Assembly: GCA_964016885.1 (NCBI GenBank)
Contig: OZ024741.1
Coordinates: 354,082,001 to 354,146,000 of the forward strand
Length of the DNA: 64,000 nucleotides
Source of the DNA: Eledone cirrhosa
Lineage: Eukaryota
Direction of reading: 5' to 3'
Shown piece after piece: positions 40,836-53,499 of this stretch. Both the position numbers and the translations under genes were made by a program. The notes under the pieces are model-generated. The model was given only the letters and a program-made list of their open reading frames with translations. It searched no databases and was not told the DNA's origin. The number at the start of each line of letters is the position of its first letter. Position 1 is the first letter of the stretch.

Positions 40836-41629
40836 ATTAGCAACTGAAAAGATCGACGAAAACATTGTTTACTCGGTCCGATTTGACGAAAGTCGATCGA
40901 TATATATATGATGTTTTGATATACATACATATATATGATGTTTTGATAGTTCAATATATATATACATATATATATAACGAAGGAATTGTGGTAAGGAACC
41001 AGATGGACCATAACGCACCAAAGTACTCAATACTTAGTGTAGTAGAGTGGGTAATAGGAACAAGTCCAGAAATAGCCGTCGAAACGGCTTGAGCTTCGCC
41101 GTCGGGGTCATACTTGTTCCTATTACATATATATATATATTGAACTGTCAAAACATCAACTGTGGGCGAATGCTGAGTAAGAAAAAGTATGGAGCGGAAG
41201 GTTTGAGTGAAGTTATAATAACTGGTATGGTTGTAGAGGATAGTGAAAACCCATAATTTGTAATAGTAGTAATAATGGCAGTTGGTGGAATTGATATAAT
41301 GGCGTGGTTATTGTGAAAATAAAAGGCGGTAATTATTATGACGTTATAGGTCGAATTATTTGTGAAGATGATTCAATAAAGTATTTAATTATATAACACA
41401 CCAAAGAGCATATGATTTTTCCATATTTGAATATTTATGAGTGTCTAAGGGGGTGGGGTACCGGACAACCAACTGAGAGCTCCATGGTTCATACTGCGCA
41501 CTGTCACTGCCTTGAGAGCGTGGCTTTCAAATTTAATTCTCAAATAGTAAATACATAGGAACTACTAGATTTTTCAATAGGCAGTAATACTGCAAAATTG
41601 TTGCTTTGCCTCTACTATTGCTTTCTACT

Positions 41630-41790
41630 TAGTCGGCGAATTGCTAGCGTTGTTAGGACGCCATATGGAATGATTTGCTATATTCCTTCCGACTCTCAGC
41701 GTTATGAGTTCAAATCCTGCTTAGGCCAATTTTGCCTTTCATCCTTCCGAGGTTCAAAAAAATACCAATCCAGAACTGGATTCTATATTC
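41630..41790 (+). mobile_element. Decayed tRNA-derived SINE
   Basis: gagttcaaatcctg...ttttgcctttcatccttccgagg. Confidence 0.65.
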
Positions 41791-42099
41791 CACTATATTT
41801 CTATATTTCTTTCACACTCCACCTCCACCCACCCCCACCCCCTCTCTCTCTTACACACACACACTGACTCACACACACACACACACACATTCACTCAGTC
41901 TCTCTCTCATTCTCTGGAAGAAATTGGTTGCGTTCAGACATGGAGATGAGATGGGCGTCGCCAGGTTTAAAATACTACGGTGCCCCTACGGTTCCATCAG
42001 GAGTTAAGGGGCCATACATACATTGCCGTAGGAAATCGTGAGCCGAATTCCCTAACTACTAAGCTACGTGCCTTCACGTGCTCAGTAATGTATCTCCAT

Positions 42100-42900
42100 A
42101 GATTTATATTAAAGTCAGAATGATTGAAGAGTTTTGTAAGAATATGTGCTAACTGGAGCACACTGAGGAAAATAGGACATGTGCTAGCTCTGGAGTGCAC
42201 TGTTTGGAGGAAATAGGATTTGTGTATTAACTGGAGCACACTGTTCGAGAGGAATAAGACCTGTGTGTTAACTGGAGGACAGTTTAAGATAAATAAGACC
42301 ATCAGTACCGATGGCATTGTTAGAGTAGAGTGACAAAAAAGAGTTTATATGTGTGTAAGTGGTATTGTGATGAGTAGAAAATGACGATTTGTGAGGTTTT
42401 ATTGTGTGTGTAAAGTGTGGAGTTGGAAGCAAACAAACAGCCAATTCAGTGGATTTATTGGTTGAAAAGAGATGAGTAGGAGAATTCTGCAAAGTTAATT
42501 GGTAAGGGGTCAGATAATACAGCCTTACTTTGATAGATGAGAGAACTTGCAGACTACGTGATGAATAAAGGCACCCTTCACTTACATTACAATGATGGCA
42601 GTGATGCCATTTGGAGATATTGAATTACTTCCTTCGGGTATTGTAGGCAATATTCTTTGCCTGTGTGTAGTGAAAGAACAACCAGAGGGTTTTAGTTCTG
42701 GGAAGGATATGAATGTAGATACTAGAATGGCCGTATTTGTCATCTGCTTAGCTGCCCTGCATGGGTCGGAGGTGAAGCAGATTTGCAGTCAAGAATAGCC
42801 AGTGTAAATCTGTTGGATTCCAACTAAGAATGAGAGGTTTTGTAGGTCAGATGCTGTTTAGTAACAAGATGTGAAGTCGGCTATTTTGATTAGATAGTAA
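42100..42900 (-). mobile_element. Highly decayed LINE fragment (endonuclease-RT linker)
   Basis: Minus-strand peptides NNAIGTDGL (GPDG-like) and LAHILTKLFN, with many stops. Confidence 0.4.
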
Positions 42901-43249
42901 TCTTACGCCGTTGTCTCGACCGTGAATAAGCATCATAGGAAGGTACAAACAACAGTGATTCTGTATAACGAATGTTTTATCAGATGGGTACGTGCCTTCG
43001 GGAGACTAGTAACCCATCCAGGAGTAATGTACGTACGAATACAATGAATGAATGAATGAATAATTGAGTGAGGGAATAATAACGTGCATGAATGGTTGAA
43101 TGACTCGATCGGTCATAGAATGGGTGTTTCAGACATTCAGTCAGTAAGCAGATATGTGAAATAGAGAAGGAGTGTGTGATTACATGAGTGGTGGAAAGTA
43201 TAAGGGAAAGGGGATATTTACAAAATATAGAAAAATAATATAGATAGAC

Positions 43250-43300
<51 letters not shown>

Positions 43301-43316
43301 AGGAAGGAAGGAAGGA

Positions 43317-43360
<44 letters not shown>

Positions 43361-43364
43361 AGGA

Positions 43365-43424
<60 letters not shown>

Positions 43425-43426
43425 AG
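43250..43426. repeat. (AAAG)n microsatellite
   Basis: Direct inspection. Confidence 0.95.
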
Positions 43427-43701
43427 ACAAATGATATCAACAAGAATTTGACCTCCAATGTCAAAGTATCTTTTCCTTCGATTGAAGTTGAGCGGAAGAT
43501 ATTTGAAAGATGTTATATCGATGTTTCTGGCTATGTTGAAACCATTCTTGTCTTTATTGGTGCAGTCGTTTATCTAGTGGAACAAAACCCATGACCACTT
43601 CTCTAGCTGAAAGTATCCCGGAGGTATATGTAGCGTATTTAGATGTGATACATGAGGTTGAGGAAGGGGCGAAAGTTTGTGTGTGTGAGAAAGCGAGAGT
43701 A

Positions 43702-43762
<61 letters not shown>

Positions 43763-44064
43763 ACGTTTATGCGAAGGTGGGGGCGATTGAATATGCAAAT
43801 AGATATGTATAGAGAAATAATTGTTTCTACTTTGGGCATAAGGCCAGCAATTATCCCAGTGTATTACTGGTACTTTATTAGAGAAGGATAGCTAATTAGC
43901 TTAGTAGATTGATATATATATACATAAACACATACATAGATCCGTAAGAAAATGTAGCAGCCATTAGCAATCGCGTATGACTTGGTATTACCCACTCTAC
44001 TACTCTAAGTATTGAGTACTCTGGTGCGTTATGGTCCATCTGGTTCCTTACCACAATTCCTTCG

Positions 44065-44116
<52 letters not shown>

Positions 44117-44121
<5 letters not shown>

Positions 44122-44538
44122 AGTATGTATAATGTATACGTACATACATATATGTATACAGACGTACAGTAGTATGTATATATATACATACATGCACACA
44201 TATATATATGCACGTATCGGTGCATATAAGGAAAGTATATACTTTCAGACGTTCAACCATCTGGCAGGAAAGTATACGATGCTGACGATAGCTAATAAGC
44301 TTGAAACTAGTACATCGTTCCTGTGTCAGTGTTGAACAAAAAGGTGACGTGGTTGCCTAAACACTGTACGGCGTAATTCTGGCTGTTTGTTTGTTTACAA
44401 ACAAACAAACCGAGCATTATAATAAATGTTCGGTGAACCGATACGTGCATATATATATGTGTGCATGTATGTATATATATACATACTACTGTACGTCTGT
44501 ATACATATATGTATGTACGTATACATACATACTTACAT
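44117..44538. mobile_element. Fold-back/MITE-like element with ~105-bp terminal inverted repeats
   Basis: 44117-44224 is the near-perfect reverse complement of 44434-44538, including unique words such as cagacgtacagtagt / actactgtacgtctg. Confidence 0.75.
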
Positions 44539-44592
44539 TTAAGTAAGTGCCGTACTAGGAGTGAGAAATGAAATTTCGTTTTATTCTATTCT

Positions 44593-44637
<45 letters not shown>

Positions 44638-44758
44638 AAAGTTTTATTTAAAATTGTTGGGATACAACAAGTAAACTATCCAGACAGCTTCCAAAAGTAA
44701 TGGTCGCTTCTAATAGGGTACGTCAAAATTATTTATAAAACTGTTTATATATTGTATT

Positions 44759-44813
44759 TTGTCTGATGATGGCATACCATATTTTAATTTGGTATCCCTG
44801 AAATATGTATAAT
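44759..44813 (+). ncRNA. Hammerhead-like motif, partly degenerate
   Basis: CTGATGA-tgg c ATACCA...TGGTAT c cct-GAAA-TATG-TA, in a ~230-bp unique stretch flanked by (TA)n. Stem I weak. Confidence 0.5.
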
Positions 44814-44859
44814 GAAATAAATATGGTTTTATAAATATAGTTTCCATTTATTTAATATC

Positions 44860-44895
<36 letters not shown>

Positions 44896-45209
44896 TGGGT
44901 CCTGTATTTTCGTTGCTCTGGTAATGCGGTTGGACTGCCGACTGCTATATCTGATTTGCTAAGCTGTCTGAACGTAATGTTATTACTCGGGGTCTTACCT
45001 CATCCGAGTGCTAAAGCTACAGACCGATTATGTATATACGCTAGCTTGGCCGTATACTAAAGCTTCGTCAATGCTGTACTAAAATTTATATATATATTTA
45101 TATATATATATATTCAAATGCCAACACAAGAGTAAGAATGAACGGTTCATTCTACTGACATGGCTATAAAATTGAGGCTTGTTTGTATAATTGCAAACGA
45201 ATCGAATGC

Positions 45210-45400
45210 TGGTGGATTGGCAGTATCGGTAGAGGGTCGGACGTCTTGCTTTGCAGCATAGAGTTACGGCTCTTTATGGTCTGAGCTCAAATCCCGCCGA
45301 GGTTAACTTTGCCTTTCATCCTTACGGGGTCGATAAAATAAAGTACCAGTAATACACTGAATAATTGCTGGCCTTGTGCCAAAAGTAGAAACAATTATGA
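45210..45400 (+). mobile_element. tRNA-derived SINE
   Basis: Very similar to 33992-34212 (ttggcagtatcggtagag...ctcaaatcccgccgaggttaactttgcctttcatccttacggggtcgataaaataaagtaccagt). Confidence 0.85.
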
Positions 45401-45449
45401 ATATTCGAAAAACTCAGATTACATTTATGTATATATATATATTTATAGT

Positions 45450-46102
45450 GGGATAGCAGGCAAACTAACAGGTAGGGAAAACTACATATGCAATAGACGT
45501 ACAGGGAAATTTGACAGTAGAAGTCGCAGTGATAGACACATTTTTCAAATGCAGATAGGATCTATAGAAATGGTTGAATGCTCCGAGGCCATAGTATCTA
45601 GAATAAGGACGAGTTGGAAGAAGTTTAGAGAGCTGCTTCCTCTGATGACAAAGAATGGTTTCTCCCTGCGAACGAAAGGCTGGTTATATGATGACTGTGT
45701 GAGATGCGCGATGCTGCATGGTAGTGAGACATGAGCAGCAACTGCGGAGGATATGCGACGGCTGGAGAGAAATGAAGCAAGCATGCTCCGTTGGATGTGC
45801 AATGTCAATGTGCGTGAACGACCAAGCATAGATGAGTTGAGAGTGAAACTGTGTATAAGAGGGATAAGTTGTAGTGTGCAGGAGAGAAGACTGCGTTGGC
45901 ATGGACATGTGATGCGCATGGAGGATGACCGCAGGGTTAAGAAGTGCCAAGAAATACCAGTAGAAGGAAGGCGCAGTAGAGGAAGACCACGAAAAACATG
46001 GGCGGAGGTGGTGAGAGCAGACCTCAGATCGCTGAAGCTCACGGAGGAAATGATGAAGGACCGTGACAAGCGGACGTAAAATGATGATGATGGTGATGAT
46101 GA
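45450..46102 (+). mobile_element. 3' fragment of an RTE-type LINE with (ATG)n tail
   Basis: WKKFRELLP...AMLHGSET*...MLRWMC...RLRWHGHVMRM...RGRPRKTW, followed by atgatgatg. Confidence 0.85.
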
Positions 46103-46234
46103 TATATATATATACACATATCATGCTTTCGCTAAGGATTTTAGTTGCCAAGCAAACACAGACACCCTCACGACCCACTCTCCTTGATACATATATACAC
46201 ACAAATACATACATACATACATACATACATACAT

Positions 46235-46843
46235 GGTGGCTGCCAACTCGTTTTCGAGTACGGCCACTACTTTATATCCATGTAGGAGAACCCCTACCGA
46301 AGCACTGAACGAGTGTGACTTTTTAGTCCAGCCAGCGACTTGAAAACTCTGGTACAAACACTACACTTGTGACAATTATTGACACATAGTGCATGGTACC
46401 ATGTGAGGACAAGTGCAGAGAGATCTCCAGATATAAAGCAATGCCTGTGCCGTGAAGCTTTTATAGTGAGCAAAGGCACTGCACAAAGCCAGTCCCACTC
46501 TCTTAACCAAGATGATATTTACCAAAAAGAAGAACAAGTCAACATCATTGGATACCATCAGGGTTGCAGGTGTTATATCAGAGTTTTCCTTCTCCTAGAA
46601 TTCTGCCTTGACAAAGGCTAAGGGGTCATCTCTCCCGGTGATTTTGGATGGCCATTGACTCTTAAGAGCTCCTTTGCCCTTTGACAGGTTTTGTTTTTAG
46701 TCCTGCAGGATGTCCAAAGTCACCCTCCTCACCAAGAAACCTTGGTGGGGTTGCCAGTTTAGTCGCCAACGACCCGACCATGAGACAGGTTGTACTGGGA
46801 TACATGTTACCAGTAGCACCAACTGGTGACCAGTAGCACCAAC
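46235..46843 (-). mobile_element. RTE-derived non-autonomous element, copy 1
   Basis: ~610 bp. RTE-like 5' UTR joined to a 3' remnant encoding the finger [17 protein letters not shown] (compare [12 protein letters not shown] in the 26811 ORF). (ATGT)n tail. Confidence 0.75.
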
Positions 46844-46949
46844 ATACCAACATACATACATACATACATACAAACATACATACATACATACATACATACA
46901 TACATACATACATACATACATACATACATACATACATACATACATACAT

Positions 46950-47555
46950 GGTGGCTGCCAACTCGTTTTCGAGTACGGCCACTACTTTATATCCATGTAG
47001 AAGAACCCCTACCGATGCGCTGAACGAGTGTGACTTTTTAGTCCAGCCAGTGACTTGAAAACTCTGGTACAAACACTACACTTGTGACAATTATTGTCAC
47101 ATAGTGCTGGGCCCATGGTACCATGTGACGACAAGTGCAGAGGGATCTCCAGATATAATGCAATGCCTGTGCCGTGAAGCTTTTATAGTGAGCAAAGGCA
47201 CTGCACAAAGCCAGTCCCACTCTCTTAACCAAGATGATATTTACCAAAAAGAAGAACAAGTCAACATCATTGGATACCATCAGGGTTGCAGGTGTTATAT
47301 CAGAGTTTTCCTTCTCCTAGAATTCTGCATTGACAAAGGCTAAGGAGTCATCTCTCCCGGTGATTTTGGATGGCCATTGTCTCTTAAGAGCTCCTTTGCC
47401 CTTTGACAGGTTTCGTTTTTAGTCCTGCAGGATGTCCAAAGTCACCCTCCTCACCAAGAAACCTTGGTAGGGTTGCAGTTTAGTCGCCAACGACCCGTCC
47501 ATGAGACAGGTTGTACTGGGATACATGTTACCAGTAGCACCAACTGGTGACCTGA
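46950..47555 (-). mobile_element. RTE-derived non-autonomous element, copy 2
   Basis: Closely similar to copy 1, separated from it by (ACAT)n. Confidence 0.78.
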
Positions 47556-47630
47556 CATACATACATACATACATACATACATACATACATACATACATAC
47601 ATACATACATACATACATACATACATACAT

Positions 47631-48152
47631 GGTGGCTGCCAACTCGTTTTCGAGTACGGCCACTACCTTATATCCATATAGGAGAACCCCTACCGATGCG
47701 CTGAACGAGTGTGACTTTTTAGTCCAGCCAGCGACTTGAAAACTCTGGCACAAACTACACTTGTGACAATTATTGACACATAGTGCTGGGCCCTTGGTAC
47801 CATGTGACGACAAGTGCAGAGAGATCTCCAGATATAAAGCAATGCCTGTGCCGTGAACCTTTTATAGTGAGCAAAGGCACTGCACAAAACCAGTCCCACT
47901 CTCTTAACCAAGATGATATTTACCAAAAATATTTTGGTAAATATCATCTTGGTTAAGAGAGTGGGACTGGCTTTGTGCAGTGCCTTTGCTCACTATAAAA
48001 GCTTCACAGCACAGGCATTGCTTTATATCTGGAGATCTCTCTGCACTTGTCGTCACATGGTACCATGGGCCCAGCACTATGTGTCAATAATTGTCACAAG
48101 TGTAGTGTTTGTACCAGAGTTTTCAAGTCGCTGGCTGGACTAAAAAGTCACA
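47631..48152 (-). mobile_element. RTE-derived element copy 3, truncated, with a fold-back inverted duplication
   Basis: 47709-47928 is inverted at 47932-48152 around taccaaaa-ata-ttttggta. Confidence 0.85.
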
Positions 48153-48227
48153 TACATACATACATACATACATACATACATACATACATACATACATACA
48201 TACATACATACATACATACATACATAC

Positions 48228-49176
48228 CAATATCTGGAGGAGAGACATGCAATAAGGCCTGATATAAATCTTTCCCAGGAACATTATAAGATCCTATTCA
48301 ATGTTCGAACAAGATGAAATTAATGGACCAATTCATAGAGAAAGTTGTGCATGGGTACCTGAGGCAAAAACATAGACAATGGAGTGGATAAATCATTCAA
48401 AAGAACTGGCATGGAGTCCCGACAAGTTTATGACATCCCACCTTGAAGGATATCTCTATGCAATAGAGGAACAGGAAACCCCTACCAAATATCTGCTACA
48501 CGAAAGAGGAGGGCCATCAGTCGACGATAAATGTAGGCTTTGTAAAACTAAGATCGAAGATGTAAGTCACATTATTACCAACTGTGAAAGAATCTCGTCT
48601 GGCTACTACCTCCCTATGAGACACAATGTGATAGCTAGAACAATCTGGAACACACTTAGGAAAACAAAATTAAAAACAAATGAGGAATATGTTGAGACAG
48701 ATGGCACTAAGGAATACTGGTGGAACCTGAAAATAAAAACTGCCACCAAATTAAAGCACAACCGGCCTGATAGTGTTGTTTGGGACCACACATTGAAAAC
48801 GTGCTCTGTTGTAGAGATCAGCTGCCCACTTGATGTCAACGTTGTAAGAAGAATGCAGAAGGAGGACATCTACGGGCCATAGATGAGGAGTTTGCAGATC
48901 CAGTATCCAAGATACACCTTCAGCTTCATACCCATTATTATTGGAGCTACATGTTATATACCAACCCGCTTGGACAAAAGTATAACTGAACTTGGATTTG
49001 TGGACAAAGAGCGCAGATCCCTAATTCATAGATTACAAATGGCTGCGATAGCTGCCACCTTCAAAATTTCCAAAACAATCTTGCGATTCAATGGATGACA
49101 ATTTCTTATCTTTTACAACCTTCCCACCAGGAAGGTGGCCGGTCAAAAATGTACTCGAAATTAAAAGAAAGAGAAA
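48228..49176 (+). mobile_element. 5'-truncated, decayed R4-like element (family 2), copy A
   Basis: CRLCKTKIEDVSHIITNC, RHN, RPDSVVWD...VVEISCP. Stop at 48880. Flanked on both sides by (ACAT)n. Confidence 0.85.
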
Positions 49177-49271
49177 CATACATACATACATGCAAACATA
49201 CATACATACATACATACATACATACATACATACATACATACATACATACATACATACATACATACATACAT

Positions 49272-51222
49272 AAAAGAATCGCAGAAACATGACTGTGGTG
49301 TGGCTGGACTATCAAAAAGCATTTGATAGTGTACCTCATGGGTGGATTGTTAAGGCTTTACAATTAGCTAAAGTCCCACAACCATTGGTAGCTGCTGTTG
49401 AACGCCTGACCAAAACTGGTACACCAATTTGATCCTTAGAGGTGAGAAGGAGCAAGTTAAGACTGATAAGATACATTACCAGAAGGGCATCTTTCAGGGT
49501 GATAGCTTGTCAGTGCTACTCTTCGTTCTCTCACTGAATCCACTATCTTACCTACTCAGGAAACAAGGTGGACAAAGAAGTGGGCCCAGAAGTATATCCC
49601 ATCTTTTCTTTGTTGATGACCTGAAGTTGTATGGGCCAAATATCAATGACATCAAGAAACAATTGGACCTCATTACACAATTTTCAACCGACATCAAAAA
49701 GAAATTTGGTGAGTCCAAGTGTGCATATTTGGCAGTAAAACGTGGAAGAGCTGTGCCCTCCTCTAGAAATCTAGAGATGAACGGCCTGACAATACAACCT
49801 CTGCAGTCAGGTGACAACTACAGATATCTTGGACGGGATGAGAATGTCAGATATGATGGACCCATAAATAAGGAGAGAACCAGAACTGAATACCTCAGAA
49901 GAGTAAAGAAAATATGGTCATCAGAACTGTCAGCATACAACAAATACATTGCCCACAATACTTATGCTGTGCCAATTCTAACGCCAACATTTGGCCTGCT
50001 GAACTGGTCATTGCAAGAACTAAGTGAGATGGATGTTAGAACTCGAAAACTTCTCAGTGTTACTGGGAACTTTAACATCAATGGTGATGTGGATAGGCTA
50101 TACTTCTCACGCAAGGAAGGTGGCCGGGGTCTAAAATCGATATTAACAACATATGAGACCCGGATAGTAACACTGAAGCAACACCTTCAACAGAGGAAAA
50201 AGGTTGGCAACCATCTTGCCCAGGTTTATGAGCATGAAAAAAAAAATATCATTAGAATAGCGACTGATCTGGAGGAGAGATATGGAATAAAGCCTGATAT
50301 AAATCTCTCACCCAGAGAAATCGAAAGATCCTATTCAATGTTCAAACAAGATAAAAAAAATTGACCAATTTACAGAAAAAGTTGTGCATGGATACTTGAG
50401 GCGTAAAACACAGACCATAGAGGGGATAAACCACTCAAAAAGCCTGGCATGGAGTTCCGACAAGTTTATGACATCACACCTTGAGGGATATCTCTATGCA
50501 ATACAGGAACAAGAACTCCCTACCAAATATCTGCTGCACAAAAGAGGAGGGCCAGCAGCTGACAATAAATGTAGGCTATGTAAAACAAAGATCGAGGATG
50601 TAAGCCACATTGTTGCCAGCTGCGAAAGAATGTCATCTCGCCACTACCTCCCCATGAGACACGATGGGATAGCTAGAACCATCTGGAACGCACTTCAGAA
50701 AACAAAATTAACAACAAACGAGGAAGAATATATTGAGACAGATGGCACTAAGGAATACTGGTGGAACCTGAAAATAAAAACTGCCACCAAATTAAAGCAC
50801 AACCGGCCTGATATTGTTGTTTGGGACCACACATTGAAAACGTGTTCTGTTGTGGAGATCAGCTGCCGACTTGATGTAAACGTTGTCAGAAAAATACAGG
50901 AGAAGGAGGACATCTACGGACCATTGATGAGGAGTTTACAAATCCAGTATCCAAGATACACCTTTAGCTTCATACCCATCATTATTGGAGCTACGGGTTA
51001 TATACCAACCCGCTTAGACCAAAGTATGACTGAACTTGGATTTGCGGACAAAAAGCGCAGCTCCCTAATTCATAGTCTACAAATGGCTGCGATAGCTGGC
51101 ACCTTCAAAATTTGCAAAACATTCTTGCGATTCAAGGGATGACAATTTCTTTTCTTTTACAACCTTGCCACCAGGAAGGTGGCCGGTCAAAAAAATATAC
51201 TCGAAATTAAGAGAAAGAGATA
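49272..51222 (+). mobile_element. 5'-truncated R4-like element (family 2), copy B
   Basis: WLDYQKAFDSVPH, QGDSLS, FVDD, YRYLG, EGGRGL. Frameshift near 50360, then CRLC..HIVASC, RHD, RPDIVVWD..EISC. Flanked on both sides by (ACAT)n. Confidence 0.9.
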
Positions 51223-51649
51223 TACATACATACATACATACATACATACATACATACATACATACATACATACATACATACATAGTGAAAAACCAATAGT
51301 CAACATTTAATATGAATTGATATTTTGATCAATAAACGTCCCGATGTGTCAAGCTGTATATTATGAGGCTCCGGTAGGTATAACCGCAGTTTTCTAACTT
51401 AATCCTCTTGATACCAAACCTCCTGAAATCGGCCTTGAATCTATAACACTAACCTTTCTATAGGCACCTACAGACATTTTCCATCTCTAGGGATATTTTA
51501 CCCAATTTTCTCAACTATTATTTATAGCGATCGACTGTTATACCAATTACTCTCTGCGTTCAAGACTGACATTTTCAAATTCCAAACACTCCAAGCACTT
51601 GGACAATTTATTAGGTCTGTTTATATTTGTGTTTAAAAACTTCCCATTA

Positions 51650-51808
51650 TATTACTATGGCGCTTTACGATCTGAGTTCAAATCCCGCCGAGGTTAGCTT
51701 TGCCTTTCATCCTTACGGGATCGATAAAATAATGCACTGGGGTCGATTTAATCGACTTTACCATCCCCCAAAATTGCTGGCCTTGTGCCTAAATCAGAAA
51801 ACATTATA
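51650..51808 (+). mobile_element. tRNA-derived SINE
   Basis: ctgagttcaaatcccgccgaggttagctttgcctttcatccttacggg...ctggggtcgatttaatcgact. Confidence 0.8.
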
Positions 51809-52858
51809 TTAGTATTTTAGAATTTTGTTACGTTATGTTTCAAACACTAGTTTAATAATGAGAAAGTTAGTTGTTTTACTAAATCCTCTAAAATATCGGT
51901 TATTTTAAATATAAATTACACAATAATCAAAACTATGTTCAAATCATTTTATTGCTGACAATCGTTTCTTCCAAACTTTCGTTTGATATCCTCGGAGCAC
52001 TAGCAAAGATTGGACATATAATTAACTTCCTATTCGACTGAACAATCATATAGCTACATGGATCTTAATGTTGTCATCAACAGTTTCGTATTTACAGAGT
52101 AGAATGGATGTGACAGAGATTACAAGAGAATTGTATAATAATTAAAGAGGCACAGGGTGGAATGCATGTGACAGAGATTACAAAAGAATAGTATAATAAT
52201 TAAAGCAGCATAGAGAGTGCAAATGCGTTAGGCATATACAGGACAGTTAGGTAGGAAATAAGCAATGGTACTAGATATATATAATTACTGCATGGCAAAG
52301 GTATCACATAAAATAACATAGGTTTACAAGCATATCAAGCAGGCAAAGGTGTTTGTGTTTGTTATTTTAAATACATAGGTTATTTTAAATACATAGACAA
52401 TGTCTTTTATTAGAAATATGGTAACGAAACGGTTAATATATTTCCGAGTAGAGCGCTCAAGAAGTAGTATCCCAACTTCTCTAAACCAAGATCTTTTCGG
52501 GTGCATATAAACTTTCCCGCTTCATTCCACATGTACGCGTTCTGATCGCTTTGTATTCAACTCTCTAGTAGCTATTGTATTATTTATAGTAAGACTTCAC
52601 ATGAACCTGTTTCTTTCAACACCGGCTAAAGAGGCGACTAGCCCTCAAAACATCTAAATGTCACAGAAGCTTTACAAACAAGCTTCTTTTTTTTCTTTAT
52701 ATGGATATATTAGAATCTCATTGAATCTGTTTATTTACTTATTTCATATTCATTTCATATAGATATTGGTCATAGCCCCAATCAATTTCTAATTATCTGT
52801 AAAGCACTCTTGGTAGACGTATAACAATAGAAACGTGTGTATGCGTACGAACGTCTGA

Positions 52859-53024
<166 letters not shown>

Positions 53025-53499
53025 CACTTGAAAGTTATGTGGAAACGCGTAGACACACAAAAAGAAAGAAAAACTTTTGCAGTATCCAGCCAGACGGATA
53101 AATGGACAGAACAGAGAAATACACAAAGTGAGAAAGATGAAAGACATAAACAAGCATGCTCACACAGAAGACATTTGAAGATTGAGAAAGATGGAGATAG
53201 AGGGACAGAAAGAAAAGCAGGAATTTCAGTAAGAGTTCTAATGAAGCAAGAAAGGTGAAATACCTGTAGAGCCAAATTTAATAAAGCCACACTTTGCAAC
53301 CATTTTAACTTAAGTCTCTCCTTTAACCTCAGACACTTTATTTCCTGAGGCTGAGGAAAAACGATAGATAACGGCAGCTTCAGAAGTTTTTTATTCTCGG
53401 TGGACAGATCCTCATCGACACTACTGACAACAGTATTTCTAGCAGCAGTAATACCACAAATACTAATGCCGCCATAACTAATACAAAAGAAAATAGCGA

